From positions 132,143-196,142 of the forward strand of contig CAYZYP010000001.1 of the NCBI GenBank assembly GCA_964482695.1: a stretch of DNA of 64,000 nt, in the 5' to 3' direction. This DNA comes from an uncultured Gammaproteobacteria bacterium (GTDB lineage Bacteria; Patescibacteriota; Patescibacteriia; Magasanikbacterales; GWA2-37-8). Positions within the stretch are counted from its first letter, which is position 1; each line of letters starts with the position of its first letter. Below the pieces are notes generated by a model. The model did no database searches and was not told the origin of the DNA. It saw only the letters and a program-made list of their open reading frames with translations. Position numbers and translations under genes: made by a program. Shown in pieces: positions 19,048 to 27,890 of this stretch.

Positions 19048-20061
19048 ATGAATTTATTAGTTACCGGCGGAGCTGGGTTTATCGGCTCAAATTTTATCCG
19101 TTATATTTTAAAAAAATATCCAGACTACAGAGTAGTTAATTTGGATTTGTTGACTTATGCCGGAAATTTGGAAAATTTGTGCGACGTTGAAAAAAATAAA
19201 AATTATAGTTTTGTAAAGGGGGACATAGTGGATAAAGTTTTAGTAGAAAAATTAGTAAAAGATAATAATATAAATTTAATAGTAAATTTTGCGGCGGAGA
19301 GCCATGTTGATAGATCAATTATAAGTAGCGCGGATTTTTTGCGGACAAATATTTTAGGCACCCATAGTTTATTGGAAGTAGTAAAGAAGAATAGCAAAAT
19401 ACGTTTTCATCATGTTTCCACCGATGAAGTGTATGGCTCTTTGGGGCCTACAGACCGCGCGTTTAATGAAAGTACTGCATATGACCCGCGGAGCCCGTAC
19501 AGCGCTTCCAAGGCCGCCTCTGATCATTTGGTAAAAGCTTTCTATCATACTTATGATTTGCCAATAACCATATCTAATTGTTCTAATAACTACGGGCCTT
19601 ATCAATTTCCAGAAAAATTACACGGACTGTTTATTACCAATTTATTAGAAGGTAAAAAAATACCGCTTTACGGCGATGGTTTAAACGTGCGTGATTGGCT
19701 TTATGTTGAAGATCATTGTTCGGCCATAGACGTAATTATTCATCGTGGTAAAGTAGGCGAAACTTATTGTATAGGAGGTAATTGTGAAAAAACTAATATA
19801 GAAGTAGCTCGTAAGATTTTGCAGCTACTTAACAAAGACGAAAGCATGATAGAGCATGTGCGCGATAGGTTAGGCCATGATAGACGTTATGCTATAGATT
19901 CTACAAAAATTAAACAGGAGTTAGACTGGGAGCCGCAGACTAATTTTGGCAATGGCATGGAAAAAACAGTTGAGTGGTATAAAAATAACGTGGATTGGTG
20001 GAAAAAAATAAAGACAGGGGAGTATTTGGAGTATTATGAAAAACAATACAAAGAAGTATGA
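19048..20061 (+). CDS. rfbB: dTDP-glucose 4,6-dehydratase
   Basis: DLLTYAGN, FAAESHVDRSI, HVSTDEVYG, SPYSASKA, SNNYGPYQFPEK, GHDRRYAID. Confidence 0.97.
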   Translation: MNLLVTGGAGFIGSNFIRYILKKYPDYRVVNLDLLTYAGNLENLCDVEKNKNYSFVKGDIVDKVLVEKLVKDNNINLIVNFAAESHVDRSIISSADFLRTNILGTHSLLEVVKKNSKIRFHHVSTDEVYGSLGPTDRAFNESTAYDPRSPYSASKAASDHLVKAFYHTYDLPITISNCSNNYGPYQFPEKLHGLFITNLLEGKKIPLYGDGLNVRDWLYVEDHCSAIDVIIHRGKVGETYCIGGNCEKTNIEVARKILQLLNKDESMIEHVRDRLGHDRRYAIDSTKIKQELDWEPQTNFGNGMEKTVEWYKNNVDWWKKIKTGEYLEYYEKQYKEV

Positions 20062-20900
20062 AAATATTAATAATAGGCAATGGGTATCTTGGTAATAGAT
20101 GTTTAGAAAGTTGGCCAGAGGCTGTTATGGCCGAGAAAAGAGTAAATAAAGTTGAAGATGTTTTAGAATTGTTAGAAGAGCATCAGCCAGATGTGGTTTT
20201 AAACGCCGCTGGTGTGGTTGGTAAACCAAATGTAGATTGGTGTGAAACACATCAGTTGGAAACTATTTGTGGTAATACGATTTTACCTTTGCAAGTAGCC
20301 GATGCTTGCCAGCAGAAAAATATATATTTATTGCACATGGGCACTGGCTGTGTTTTTTATGGCGCGTCGCCAGATCCAAAAGGTTGGCGCGAAAGTGATT
20401 TTGCCAACCCGCTAGCTATGTATACACGCGCTAAATACGCCGCTGATTTGGTTTTGTCTAAATTATCTAATGTCGGCATAGCTCGTATTAGAATGCCTTT
20501 GGATTACAAATCATTGCCTAGCAATTTAATAGATAAATTAACTTCTTTTAAAAGGGTTGTGGATGTAGAAAATAGTATTACAGTCGTAGAAGACATGGTT
20601 AATGTTTTTTATAAATTATTAGAAAAAAGAGCGGTGGGTATTTTTCATGTGGTTAATTCCGGTTCTATCCATCATAAGGAAATTTTGGAAATGTATAAAG
20701 AGTTGGTTGATAAGAACCATAATTGTCAGTGGATTTCCGAAGAAGAATTGGTTAATTCCGGTTTGGCCAAGAAAAAACGATCCAATAACATAATGCAATC
20801 GGAAAATTTAGAAAAATTAGGTATCAAGATGAGGTCGGTGAAAGAAGCGGCGAAAGAGGCGATGGAAAAATACGCGAAGTTAAAAAGAAGTGGGTTATGA
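20058..20900 (+). CDS. NDP-4-keto-6-deoxyglucose 3,5-epimerase/4-reductase (NRS/ER, UER1-like)
   Basis: NAAGVVGKPNVDWCETH, GTGCVF, RIRMP, KRSN motifs resemble plant NRS/ER rather than RmlD. Confidence 0.75.
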   Translation: MKILIIGNGYLGNRCLESWPEAVMAEKRVNKVEDVLELLEEHQPDVVLNAAGVVGKPNVDWCETHQLETICGNTILPLQVADACQQKNIYLLHMGTGCVFYGASPDPKGWRESDFANPLAMYTRAKYAADLVLSKLSNVGIARIRMPLDYKSLPSNLIDKLTSFKRVVDVENSITVVEDMVNVFYKLLEKRAVGIFHVVNSGSIHHKEILEMYKELVDKNHNCQWISEEELVNSGLAKKKRSNNIMQSENLEKLGIKMRSVKEAAKEAMEKYAKLKRSGL

Positions 20901-21754
20901 ATTTATCAATTATTACCGTCACTTATAACGCCCAAGATTTAATTGCCGAGCAGATACGCTCGGTTATTTTTGCTTGTCAGGGAATTGAATTTGAACAAAT
21001 TATAGTAGACAATGGTTCATCGGATGGTACTGTTGGATTAATAGAAAAAGATTTTCCTAATATTAAATTAATTAAGAATAAAGAAAATAAAGGGTTTGGT
21101 TTTGCTAATAATCAAGCAGTTAAAATAGCTGGTGGAGAATTTATTTTATTTTTAAATCCAGATACGCGATTAATGGGCGAGAGTGTTCTAAAAGAGGCTG
21201 TTAATTGGTTAGAAGCGCATAGTGAGACGGGTATAATGAGCTGTAAATTAGTAGATAACACTGGTAAAGAAAATGTGCGCGAAGGCCCACGGCGTTTCCC
21301 AAAAGTATGGGAACAAATAGCTATTATTTTAAAAATTCCTCATCTGTTTCCGCGAATATTAAGAAAGTACCATTATCAAGATATTGATTTAAATAAAATC
21401 CAAGAAGTGGATTCTGTGCGTGGTTCGTTTATGTTAATCCGTCGCGCGATTGTAAATAAACTCGGTGGACGAGTTTTTGATCCGCGTTATTTTATTTGGT
21501 TTGAAGAAGTTGATTTGTGTCGCGAAGTAAAAAAAATGGATTATAAAATAATATATAATCCCGAAATTATTTGTCTTGATTTGGTTGGGCAGACTTTTAA
21601 GAAGATGAATTTAGTGTGGCGACAAAGACAATTTACCAAAAGTATGTTACTGTACTTTCAGAAGTGGGAGCCTTGGTGGAAATGGATATGGATCGCCTTG
21701 TTTAGGCCGGTGGGGATAATGTTAGCTTGGTTTAATTCTTTAATCTTGGGATAG
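20897..21754 (+). CDS. Glycosyltransferase family 2 (WbbL-like)
   Basis: VDNGSSDGT, GFGFANN, FLNPD, FIWFEEVDLC. Confidence 0.9.
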   Translation: MNLSIITVTYNAQDLIAEQIRSVIFACQGIEFEQIIVDNGSSDGTVGLIEKDFPNIKLIKNKENKGFGFANNQAVKIAGGEFILFLNPDTRLMGESVLKEAVNWLEAHSETGIMSCKLVDNTGKENVREGPRRFPKVWEQIAIILKIPHLFPRILRKYHYQDIDLNKIQEVDSVRGSFMLIRRAIVNKLGGRVFDPRYFIWFEEVDLCREVKKMDYKIIYNPEIICLDLVGQTFKKMNLVWRQRQFTKSMLLYFQKWEPWWKWIWIALFRPVGIMLAWFNSLILG

Positions 21755-21759
21755 TTTTT

Positions 21760-22809
21760 ATGAAATTATCAATAAATCTTGTCACTTACAATGGCGCGAA
21801 ATATATCCCTTATCTTTTCGCATCTTTAAAAAAGCAGACTTTTCAAGATTGGGGACTTTTGGTGTTAGATAATAATTCGCGGGATAAGACAATTGAACTA
21901 ATTAAGAAAGAATTGAATAATTTTGATGTTCAGCATCAGATTATTGAAAATAAAGAAAATATCGGTTTCGCCGGTGGACACAACAAATTATATAGTCTTT
22001 CTAAAACAGATTATTTTTTAATTTTAAATCAGGATATTTTTTTAGAACCCGATTGTTTAGAGAAAATGGTGAAATTTTTAGATGAAAATAGCGAGACAGC
22101 GGCAGTGGCGCCAAGGCTCATGAATTGGAATGCCGGGTTAAATGGAGCAAAACCAAATTTTACTAATATTGTTGATAGTTTGGGATTGAAAGTATTAAGA
22201 AATAGGCGAGTGATGGATAAGTATTCGCAAAAAAGGTGGGAAGATATTAAAGGAAAGTTAAATTTATCGTATCATACTGAAAATGGCGCGATGAAAGTAT
22301 TTGGGTTGAGCGGCGCGCTGGCTATTTATCGGCGAAATATTTTAGAAAAAATTGAATTGGCGCCAGAGAAAATTTTTGACGAAAATTATACTTCTTACAA
22401 AGAAGACGTAGATCTGGCTTTTCGTTTACAAAACACTGGATATGATTCGCGCGTATTATTGGATGTTATTGCTTTTCATAGCCGTTCGGCTGGCACACCA
22501 GAAAAGACGCATGATAATGTCGCGATTTCTAACAAGCGCCAACAATCAGCTTTGGTAAAGTATTATAGTTATAAAAATCATCTGGCTACTTTATATAAAA
22601 ATGAATATTGGCAGAATTTTTTGTTAGATAGCCCGTGGATTTTGTGGTATGAATTAAAGAAGTTTATTTATTTTTTGTTATTTGATAGGCCAATTTTGGG
22701 CGGTTTAAAAGAATTGTGGCAAAATAGGAAAAAATTAAAACAACAAAGGCGCCAAATAAAAAGTTTAAGAAAGGTTGATTGGCAAGACACAAGAAGCTGG
22801 TGGCGGTAA
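21760..22809 (+). CDS. Glycosyltransferase family 2
   Basis: LDNNSRD, NIGFAGGHN, LNQD, YKEDVDLAFR. Confidence 0.9.
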   Translation: MKLSINLVTYNGAKYIPYLFASLKKQTFQDWGLLVLDNNSRDKTIELIKKELNNFDVQHQIIENKENIGFAGGHNKLYSLSKTDYFLILNQDIFLEPDCLEKMVKFLDENSETAAVAPRLMNWNAGLNGAKPNFTNIVDSLGLKVLRNRRVMDKYSQKRWEDIKGKLNLSYHTENGAMKVFGLSGALAIYRRNILEKIELAPEKIFDENYTSYKEDVDLAFRLQNTGYDSRVLLDVIAFHSRSAGTPEKTHDNVAISNKRQQSALVKYYSYKNHLATLYKNEYWQNFLLDSPWILWYELKKFIYFLLFDRPILGGLKELWQNRKKLKQQRRQIKSLRKVDWQDTRSWWR

Positions 22810-22811
22810 AG

Positions 22812-22842
22812 AAAAAAGTCTCTTTAGAAGAGGCTTTTTTTT
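22812..22842. terminator. Bidirectional intrinsic terminator
   Basis: aaaaaagtctct-ttaga-agaggctttttttt between convergent genes. Confidence 0.65.
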
Positions 22843-22871
22843 ATTAATTATTGTTTTAGAGTTATCCTATA

Positions 22872-23534
22872 TTAGGATGAAAGTTTTTTTGCGGTAGTTA
22901 CCAAGCTCCACGAATCAAATCTTTTTTTGTTTGTTTTGTAAGGAAAAAGAAAGTGAGTATAAATGTAATTTTTAATATTTAATCCATGTTTAGCTAGTAA
23001 TTCATTCAAGTCGTGATAATTAATTTTTACAACATGAGGATTTTCAAAGCGGAATCTTAAAATATTGTATATTAATTGAACCAGAGAACAATCGCCTCTA
23101 AGACGTTCTTGTGGCACGGCAATAATAAGCGTTCCATTGTCAGTCATTAATTTTTTAAGATTTAAAATAAATTTGTCTCTGTCTTTCACATGTTCTAAAA
23201 CATGCGAAAGTATGATAACGTCAAATTTTTCTTTATTAAAAAAATTGTCATTGATATCGTAGAAGGTAAAATTTTGGTATTTTTTTCTAGCGTATTTTAA
23301 CGCGAACTGATTAATGTCGGCGCCGCAGAGTGTAAATTTTTTTGTGGGGTATTTTTTATTTATCATTCTAAGTAGATAAGCGGTATTACAGCCATAATCA
23401 AGAATACGGATGCTTTGTTCATTTTTGAGTTGTTCACAAATAAAGTTTAATTCAGTGCTTCTGTAATATAATATTGTTCTAGCTAAAAATCCAGTTGTTC
23501 TAGTGATTAAAGTATAAGATAAACCGTATTTCAT
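22872..23534 (-). CDS. Class I SAM-dependent methyltransferase
   Basis: ILDYGCN, FDVIILSHVLEHV, GTLIIAVP. Confidence 0.85.
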   Translation of the reverse strand: MKYGLSYTLITRTTGFLARTILYYRSTELNFICEQLKNEQSIRILDYGCNTAYLLRMINKKYPTKKFTLCGADINQFALKYARKKYQNFTFYDINDNFFNKEKFDVIILSHVLEHVKDRDKFILNLKKLMTDNGTLIIAVPQERLRGDCSLVQLIYNILRFRFENPHVVKINYHDLNELLAKHGLNIKNYIYTHFLFPYKTNKKRFDSWSLVTTAKKLSS

Positions 23535-23661
23535 AGATTTTTTGTATATATTTAAAACGCGTAAATATTAGTTTAATATATTATATCATTAAAGTTTAAT
23601 TATTTTAAAACGCGAACAGAACAAGTACATTTTCTATACGTAAATTTCGTTTTTTAAATAG

Positions 23662-23690
23662 TTGACTTTTTCCTCTTTTTTAGCTAAAAT
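23662..23690 (+). promoter_or_regulatory. Sigma70-type promoter
   Basis: TTGACT-N17-TAAAAT upstream of GT2 at 23760. Confidence 0.6.
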
Positions 23691-23759
23691 AGCCCAAATT
23701 AGCTATTTTAAGTAAAATTTATTGTATAGGTTTTAAGTAAAACAGTCAAGGTTAATTTT

Positions 23760-24590
23760 ATGCATGATATAAACACTATTATTGTAAATTATAAAAGCAA
23801 AGAAGAAATTTTGCGCTGTTTGCGTTCTTTGTTTTCTGATGTAAAAAATTCCGATTTTAGTATCCACGTCACTATAATTGACAACGCCTCTGACGACGGT
23901 GTAGATTTGGCGGTTTTAAAACAACACCCAGACGCCAAATTAAAAATTATTAAACATAAGAAGAATTTAGGTTTTGGCAAAGCGCAAAATTCCGGGATAA
24001 AAGGTCTAGACGCTAAATACCATTTCGTGCTTAATCCTGATACTTTTTTTCCGGAAAACCAAGAAGTTTTGCGCAAATTGTATAATTTCATGGAAGCCAA
24101 CACGCGAGTGGGTATAGTCGCGCCAAAAATTATCCATCCAGATGGCAATTTACAAAATTCTTGTTATCGGTTTCCTAAATTTTTACAGCCAGTTTACAGT
24201 CGTACTAAATTAGGCACTATTGGCCAAGGCAAAAAAACAGCTGATTATTATTTTATGCGTGATTTTGATCATAATGAAACTTTGCCAGTAGACTGGGTAA
24301 TGGGCGCAGCCATGTTTGTTCGGCAAAAAGCGATTGATGAAGTTGGTCTATTTGACGAACGTTTTTGGATGTATGCCGAAGATAGCGACTGGTGCCGTCG
24401 AATGTGGGAAAAAAGTTGGCTGGTATATTATCTTCATGACGCGGTTATTCATCACGAACACCGCCGCGATTCGGCCAAAATACAAGGTATTTTTAAAGCA
24501 CTCATTAAAAACAAGTTAGCGCGGACGCATTTGATGAGTTGGTTAAAATATATGTGGAAGTGGCGCAAGACGCATAAATATTATGTCTAA
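23760..24590 (+). CDS. Glycosyltransferase family 2 (WbbL-like)
   Basis: IDNASDD, NLGFGKAQN, LNPD, DWVMGAAM, FWMYAEDSDWC. Confidence 0.9.
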   Translation: MHDINTIIVNYKSKEEILRCLRSLFSDVKNSDFSIHVTIIDNASDDGVDLAVLKQHPDAKLKIIKHKKNLGFGKAQNSGIKGLDAKYHFVLNPDTFFPENQEVLRKLYNFMEANTRVGIVAPKIIHPDGNLQNSCYRFPKFLQPVYSRTKLGTIGQGKKTADYYFMRDFDHNETLPVDWVMGAAMFVRQKAIDEVGLFDERFWMYAEDSDWCRRMWEKSWLVYYLHDAVIHHEHRRDSAKIQGIFKALIKNKLARTHLMSWLKYMWKWRKTHKYYV

Positions 24591-24602
24591 AGTTTAGTTT
24601 AC

Positions 24603-24734
24603 TGTCATCCCGAAGGAGCGTCACAGCGACTGAGGGATCTCTGTCTCAAATCAACAACGGTTTTATTTACGCAGTGAAGTGAGAGAGTACCCTTTATTGT
24701 GACAGAGATTCCTCGCCTTTGGCTCGGAATGACA
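24603..24734. repeat. Gene-less TGTCAT...ATGACA palindromic element (relative of the GIY-YIG element)
   Basis: Left arm tgtcatcccga...gagggatctctgtctcaa; right arm ttgtgacagagattcctcgcctttggctcggaatgaca; homologous to the TIRs at 25845/26219. Confidence 0.88.
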
Positions 24735-24744
24735 ATTGTCTTCT

Positions 24745-25833
24745 ATGTTTAGTAAAAAATTGGCTTTGATTTATCTTTCTTATCATCCCGATCATTATCT
24801 GGATAATTTTATCAGTGGCTTGAAAAATATAGATTATCCAAAAGAAAGTTTAACAGTAGTGGTCGTTGACCAAATTCATCCAGATTTTGGCTCTTCGGAA
24901 AGTGTTTTAAAAGAAAAATTATTACCAATTGCTAACGTAGAAATACCGCCAGTTGTTATCTTGCCTCAAGAAAAAAACTTAGGTTTTGCCGGCGGCAATA
25001 ACATCGGTATTAAATGGGCATTAGACAATGGCTTTGATTATGTTTTTTTACATAATCAAGATGGTTTTGTAGAAAAAGATACAATTTTTAAATTAATTAC
25101 AGTAATGGAGAATGACAAAACAATCGGCGTGGCGCAAGCGTTGATTTTGCTTCACCCAGAAAATAATTTGATAAATAGCGCTGGCAATTGTTTCCATTAT
25201 TTAGGTTTTGGTTATAGCGGCGATTATCGAGTAGAAAAAAATAGTTTTAATCTCAGAGAAACAACAAACGTTGGGTATGCCAGTGGCGCGGCTATGATGT
25301 TGCGGTCGGATTTACTTGAAAAATTTGGTTTATTAGACGAAGATTTTGTTTCTTATCACGAGGATTTGGAATATTGTTTGCGTTTAAAGTCGGTTGGTTA
25401 TCGCGCAGTGTTAGTACCAACCGCTATTTTTTATCATCAATATAATTTTGGTAAAAACAAAGACAAATATTATTTAATGGAACGCAACCGCTATGGTTTG
25501 ATGTTGATGTACTTTAAATGGCCGACTTTGATTTTATTATTGCCAATGGCTCTAGTGGTTGAATCAGGCCTCTTGCTATTTGCCTTAAAAAGTGGTTGGA
25601 TAAAAGATAAGTTAATGGCCTATAGTTATTGGTTGCAATATAAAAATTGGCAAAAATGGCTTAATAAACGGCAAAAAATACAAACGCAGAGAGTAAAAAG
25701 TGATAAAGAAATATTAAAGTTCGCGGTTAGTAAGATAGAGTTTGAAGATATTGATAATTGGTTATTAAAATATTTAGGCAATCCGATAATGAAAATTTAT
25801 TGGATAATAACGAAAATATTAATTTGGTGGTGA
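24745..25833 (+). CDS. Glycosyltransferase family 2
   Basis: NLGFAGGNN, LHNQD, GYASGAAM, YHEDLEYC; ATG 24745 preferred over TTG 24736. Confidence 0.88.
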   Translation: MFSKKLALIYLSYHPDHYLDNFISGLKNIDYPKESLTVVVVDQIHPDFGSSESVLKEKLLPIANVEIPPVVILPQEKNLGFAGGNNIGIKWALDNGFDYVFLHNQDGFVEKDTIFKLITVMENDKTIGVAQALILLHPENNLINSAGNCFHYLGFGYSGDYRVEKNSFNLRETTNVGYASGAAMMLRSDLLEKFGLLDEDFVSYHEDLEYCLRLKSVGYRAVLVPTAIFYHQYNFGKNKDKYYLMERNRYGLMLMYFKWPTLILLLPMALVVESGLLLFALKSGWIKDKLMAYSYWLQYKNWQKWLNKRQKIQTQRVKSDKEILKFAVSKIEFEDIDNWLLKYLGNPIMKIYWIITKILIWW

Positions 25834-25844
25834 TATTTTATCAT

Positions 25845-26219
25845 TGTCATCCCGAGCCGCAGCGAGGGATCTCTGTCTCAATTATTTATGATTAAAAGGA
25901 GGAACCATAATTATTATGTTTATATAATGGCCAGTGTAAGTTTTATAATGTATATAGGTGTTACTAATAATTTAATTAGAAGAGCAGAAGAGCACAAACA
26001 AGAAATATTAGATGGTTTTAGTAAAAAATATAAAACAAAAAAATTAGTTTATTATGAATGGTTTATTAATATCAATGATGCCATTAGAAGAGAAAAAGAA
26101 TTAAAAGGTTGGCGTAGGGAAAAGAAGATAAATTTAATTAGAAGCGCTAATCCTCGGTGGGAAGATTTGTACAAAGAGTTGATTGAGACAGAGATCCCTC
26201 GCTGCGGCTCGGGATGACA
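25845..26219. mobile_element. 375-bp element: GIY-YIG nuclease gene bounded by perfect 38-bp inverted repeats
   Basis: 25845-25882 (tgtcatcccgagccgcagcgagggatctctgtctcaat) is the exact reverse complement of 26182-26219; no transposase or obvious TSD, so mobility is inferred. Confidence 0.7.
25888..26217 (+). CDS. Stand-alone GIY-YIG endonuclease
   Basis: YYVYIM...MYIGVTNNLIRR..EH, LVYYE, AIRREKELKGWRREKK, NPRWEDL; stop codon lies within the right inverted repeat. Confidence 0.93.
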   Translation: MIKRRNHNYYVYIMASVSFIMYIGVTNNLIRRAEEHKQEILDGFSKKYKTKKLVYYEWFININDAIRREKELKGWRREKKINLIRSANPRWEDLYKELIETEIPRCGSG

Positions 26220-26269
26220 GTATGAATGTGTCTTATGAATGAGACAAACGCATTTTAATTTAATGATGT

Positions 26270-27310
26270 ATGTCAAAAATAACCAAAGCAATTTTAACCG
26301 GTGGTGGCAGGGCGACAAGGTTGCGGCCGATTACTACAACAATAAACAAACACCTTATCCCGTTGGCGAACAAACCAATGATTTTTCACGCTATTGAAAA
26401 AGTGGTTAAAGCCGGTGTTAAAGAAATTTTTATTAATATTAATCCAGGAGAAACTGAACTGCAAAAGCAAGTTGGCGATGGTAGTCGGTGGGGTGTAAAA
26501 ATAGTGTTTTTTGAGCAAGAAGGCGGGCCACAAGGCATCGCGCACGTTGTGAGTCGTGCACAGAAATTTATTGGCAATGACCCGTTCATGTTTTATCTAT
26601 CTGATAATATTATTCTAGCTGATTTAAATGAAATGGTGCAGAAATTTGTCTCTGGTAGTTATGATTGTATGTTGGCCTTTGCCAAAGTATTAGATCCAGA
26701 AAGATTTGGCGTGCCCTTTTTTGATGATCAAGGGAAATTGATTGATGTGGTAGAAAAACCGCTCCAACCACCGAATAATTTGGCGGTTACTGGTATTTAT
26801 TTATATGGCCAAGGCGTATTTTTTGAAGCATATGATAATATTAAAAAAAGTGATCGCGGTGAATACGAAATTTCTAGTATTCACTCCTACTTTCTTAAAA
26901 AAGGTTTGCCGGTTGGTTATCAAGAGATTACCGGTTGGTGGAAAGACACCGGCAAGCCAGATGATTTACTAATAGCTAATGGGCTACTTATGGATCAATT
27001 AGAATTTCCAAAAGACGGCTATTTGATTGGTGAAAAAACACAGATTATTGGTAATACAAAAGTTTTTGGGCCAGCTATTATTGGTAAAAATTGTCAGTTA
27101 GAAAATTGTCAAATTGGTCAACATGTTAGTTTGGGCGATAATTGTGTTTTTAAAAATGTATCTATCAAAAATTCATTAATATTTAATGATTGTGTTTTAG
27201 ACGGCAGTTATAGTATAGAGGATAGTATTATTGGCAAAGGTTCGCGAGTAAAGAAAAACGATGGCCAACTTCACCGACTAATTTTAGGAGACAATACAGT
27301 GGTAGAATGA
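26270..27310 (+). CDS. rmlA: Glucose-1-phosphate thymidylyltransferase, long form
   Basis: GGGRATRLRPIT, NKHLIPLANKPMI, EKP, SDRGEYEI, WWKDTG plus C-terminal hexapeptide-repeat region. Confidence 0.88.
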   Translation: MSKITKAILTGGGRATRLRPITTTINKHLIPLANKPMIFHAIEKVVKAGVKEIFININPGETELQKQVGDGSRWGVKIVFFEQEGGPQGIAHVVSRAQKFIGNDPFMFYLSDNIILADLNEMVQKFVSGSYDCMLAFAKVLDPERFGVPFFDDQGKLIDVVEKPLQPPNNLAVTGIYLYGQGVFFEAYDNIKKSDRGEYEISSIHSYFLKKGLPVGYQEITGWWKDTGKPDDLLIANGLLMDQLEFPKDGYLIGEKTQIIGNTKVFGPAIIGKNCQLENCQIGQHVSLGDNCVFKNVSIKNSLIFNDCVLDGSYSIEDSIIGKGSRVKKNDGQLHRLILGDNTVVE

Positions 27311-27327
27311 ATTAGTAAACAGAATCA

Positions 27328-27356
27328 TTGCTAATTTTATAAATAAGCTGTATAAT
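27328..27356 (+). promoter_or_regulatory. Sigma70-type promoter
   Basis: TTGCTA-N17-TATAAT. Confidence 0.6.
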
Positions 27357-27360
27357 ATTA

Positions 27361-27453
27361 GCAGAGGATACAACGAATCGCGCTTAGTACCAATGAATTA
27401 CATAAATAAAATAGTGTCATTCACGAAGTCGAAAGCGCATTCGTAGTATCTGC
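27361..27453 (+). other. Long imperfect hairpin in 5' leader
   Basis: gcagaggatacaacgaatcgcgctt pairs with aagcgcattcgtagtatctgc; inner tgaat/attca stem. Confidence 0.6.
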
Positions 27454-27476
27454 GTTTAAAAAATTAATCATATTTT

Positions 27477-27827
27477 ATGGAAGAAAACAAACAAACAGTT
27501 GCTCCACAAGAGCCAAAGGCCGAGGAGCCAAAAAAGATTGATCAAAAAAATACCGCTATGGCGGTGGTAGCATATATTTTATTCTTTGTGCCACTCTTAA
27601 CAGAAGCTAAAAACGATCCGTTTGTAAAATATCATGTTAAGCAAGGTTTGGTAGTATTTTTAATTGGCATCGCGGTGGCAGTACTCAGCCCGTTTATTTG
27701 GATGATCAGCTGGCTTTTACAGCTTGGTTTGTTAGTTTTGGTGGTATTAGGAATTGTGAACGCTTTAAACGGCAAACAAGAACCATTGCCGGTAGTTGGC
27801 GGTTTAGCAGAGAAGTTTAAATTTTAG
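27477..27827 (+). CDS. Small membrane protein (DUF4870-like)
   Basis: AVVAYILFFVPLL, FVKYHVKQGL, GIVNALNGK..PLPVVG. Confidence 0.8.
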   Translation: MEENKQTVAPQEPKAEEPKKIDQKNTAMAVVAYILFFVPLLTEAKNDPFVKYHVKQGLVVFLIGIAVAVLSPFIWMISWLLQLGLLVLVVLGIVNALNGKQEPLPVVGGLAEKFKF

Positions 27828-27842
27828 ATTAAAGAAAAATAT

Positions 27843-27874
27843 AAAAAAGACGCCTATAAATTAGGCGTCTTTTT
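27843..27874. terminator. Bidirectional intrinsic terminator
   Basis: aaaaaagacgccta-taaat-taggcgtcttttt between convergent genes. Confidence 0.85.
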
Positions 27875-27890
27875 GAGTATTAATATTTTT

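Noticed and set aside
25845-26219. Classical IS element
   Set aside because: No DDE, HUH or serine/tyrosine recombinase motifs and no target-site duplication visible
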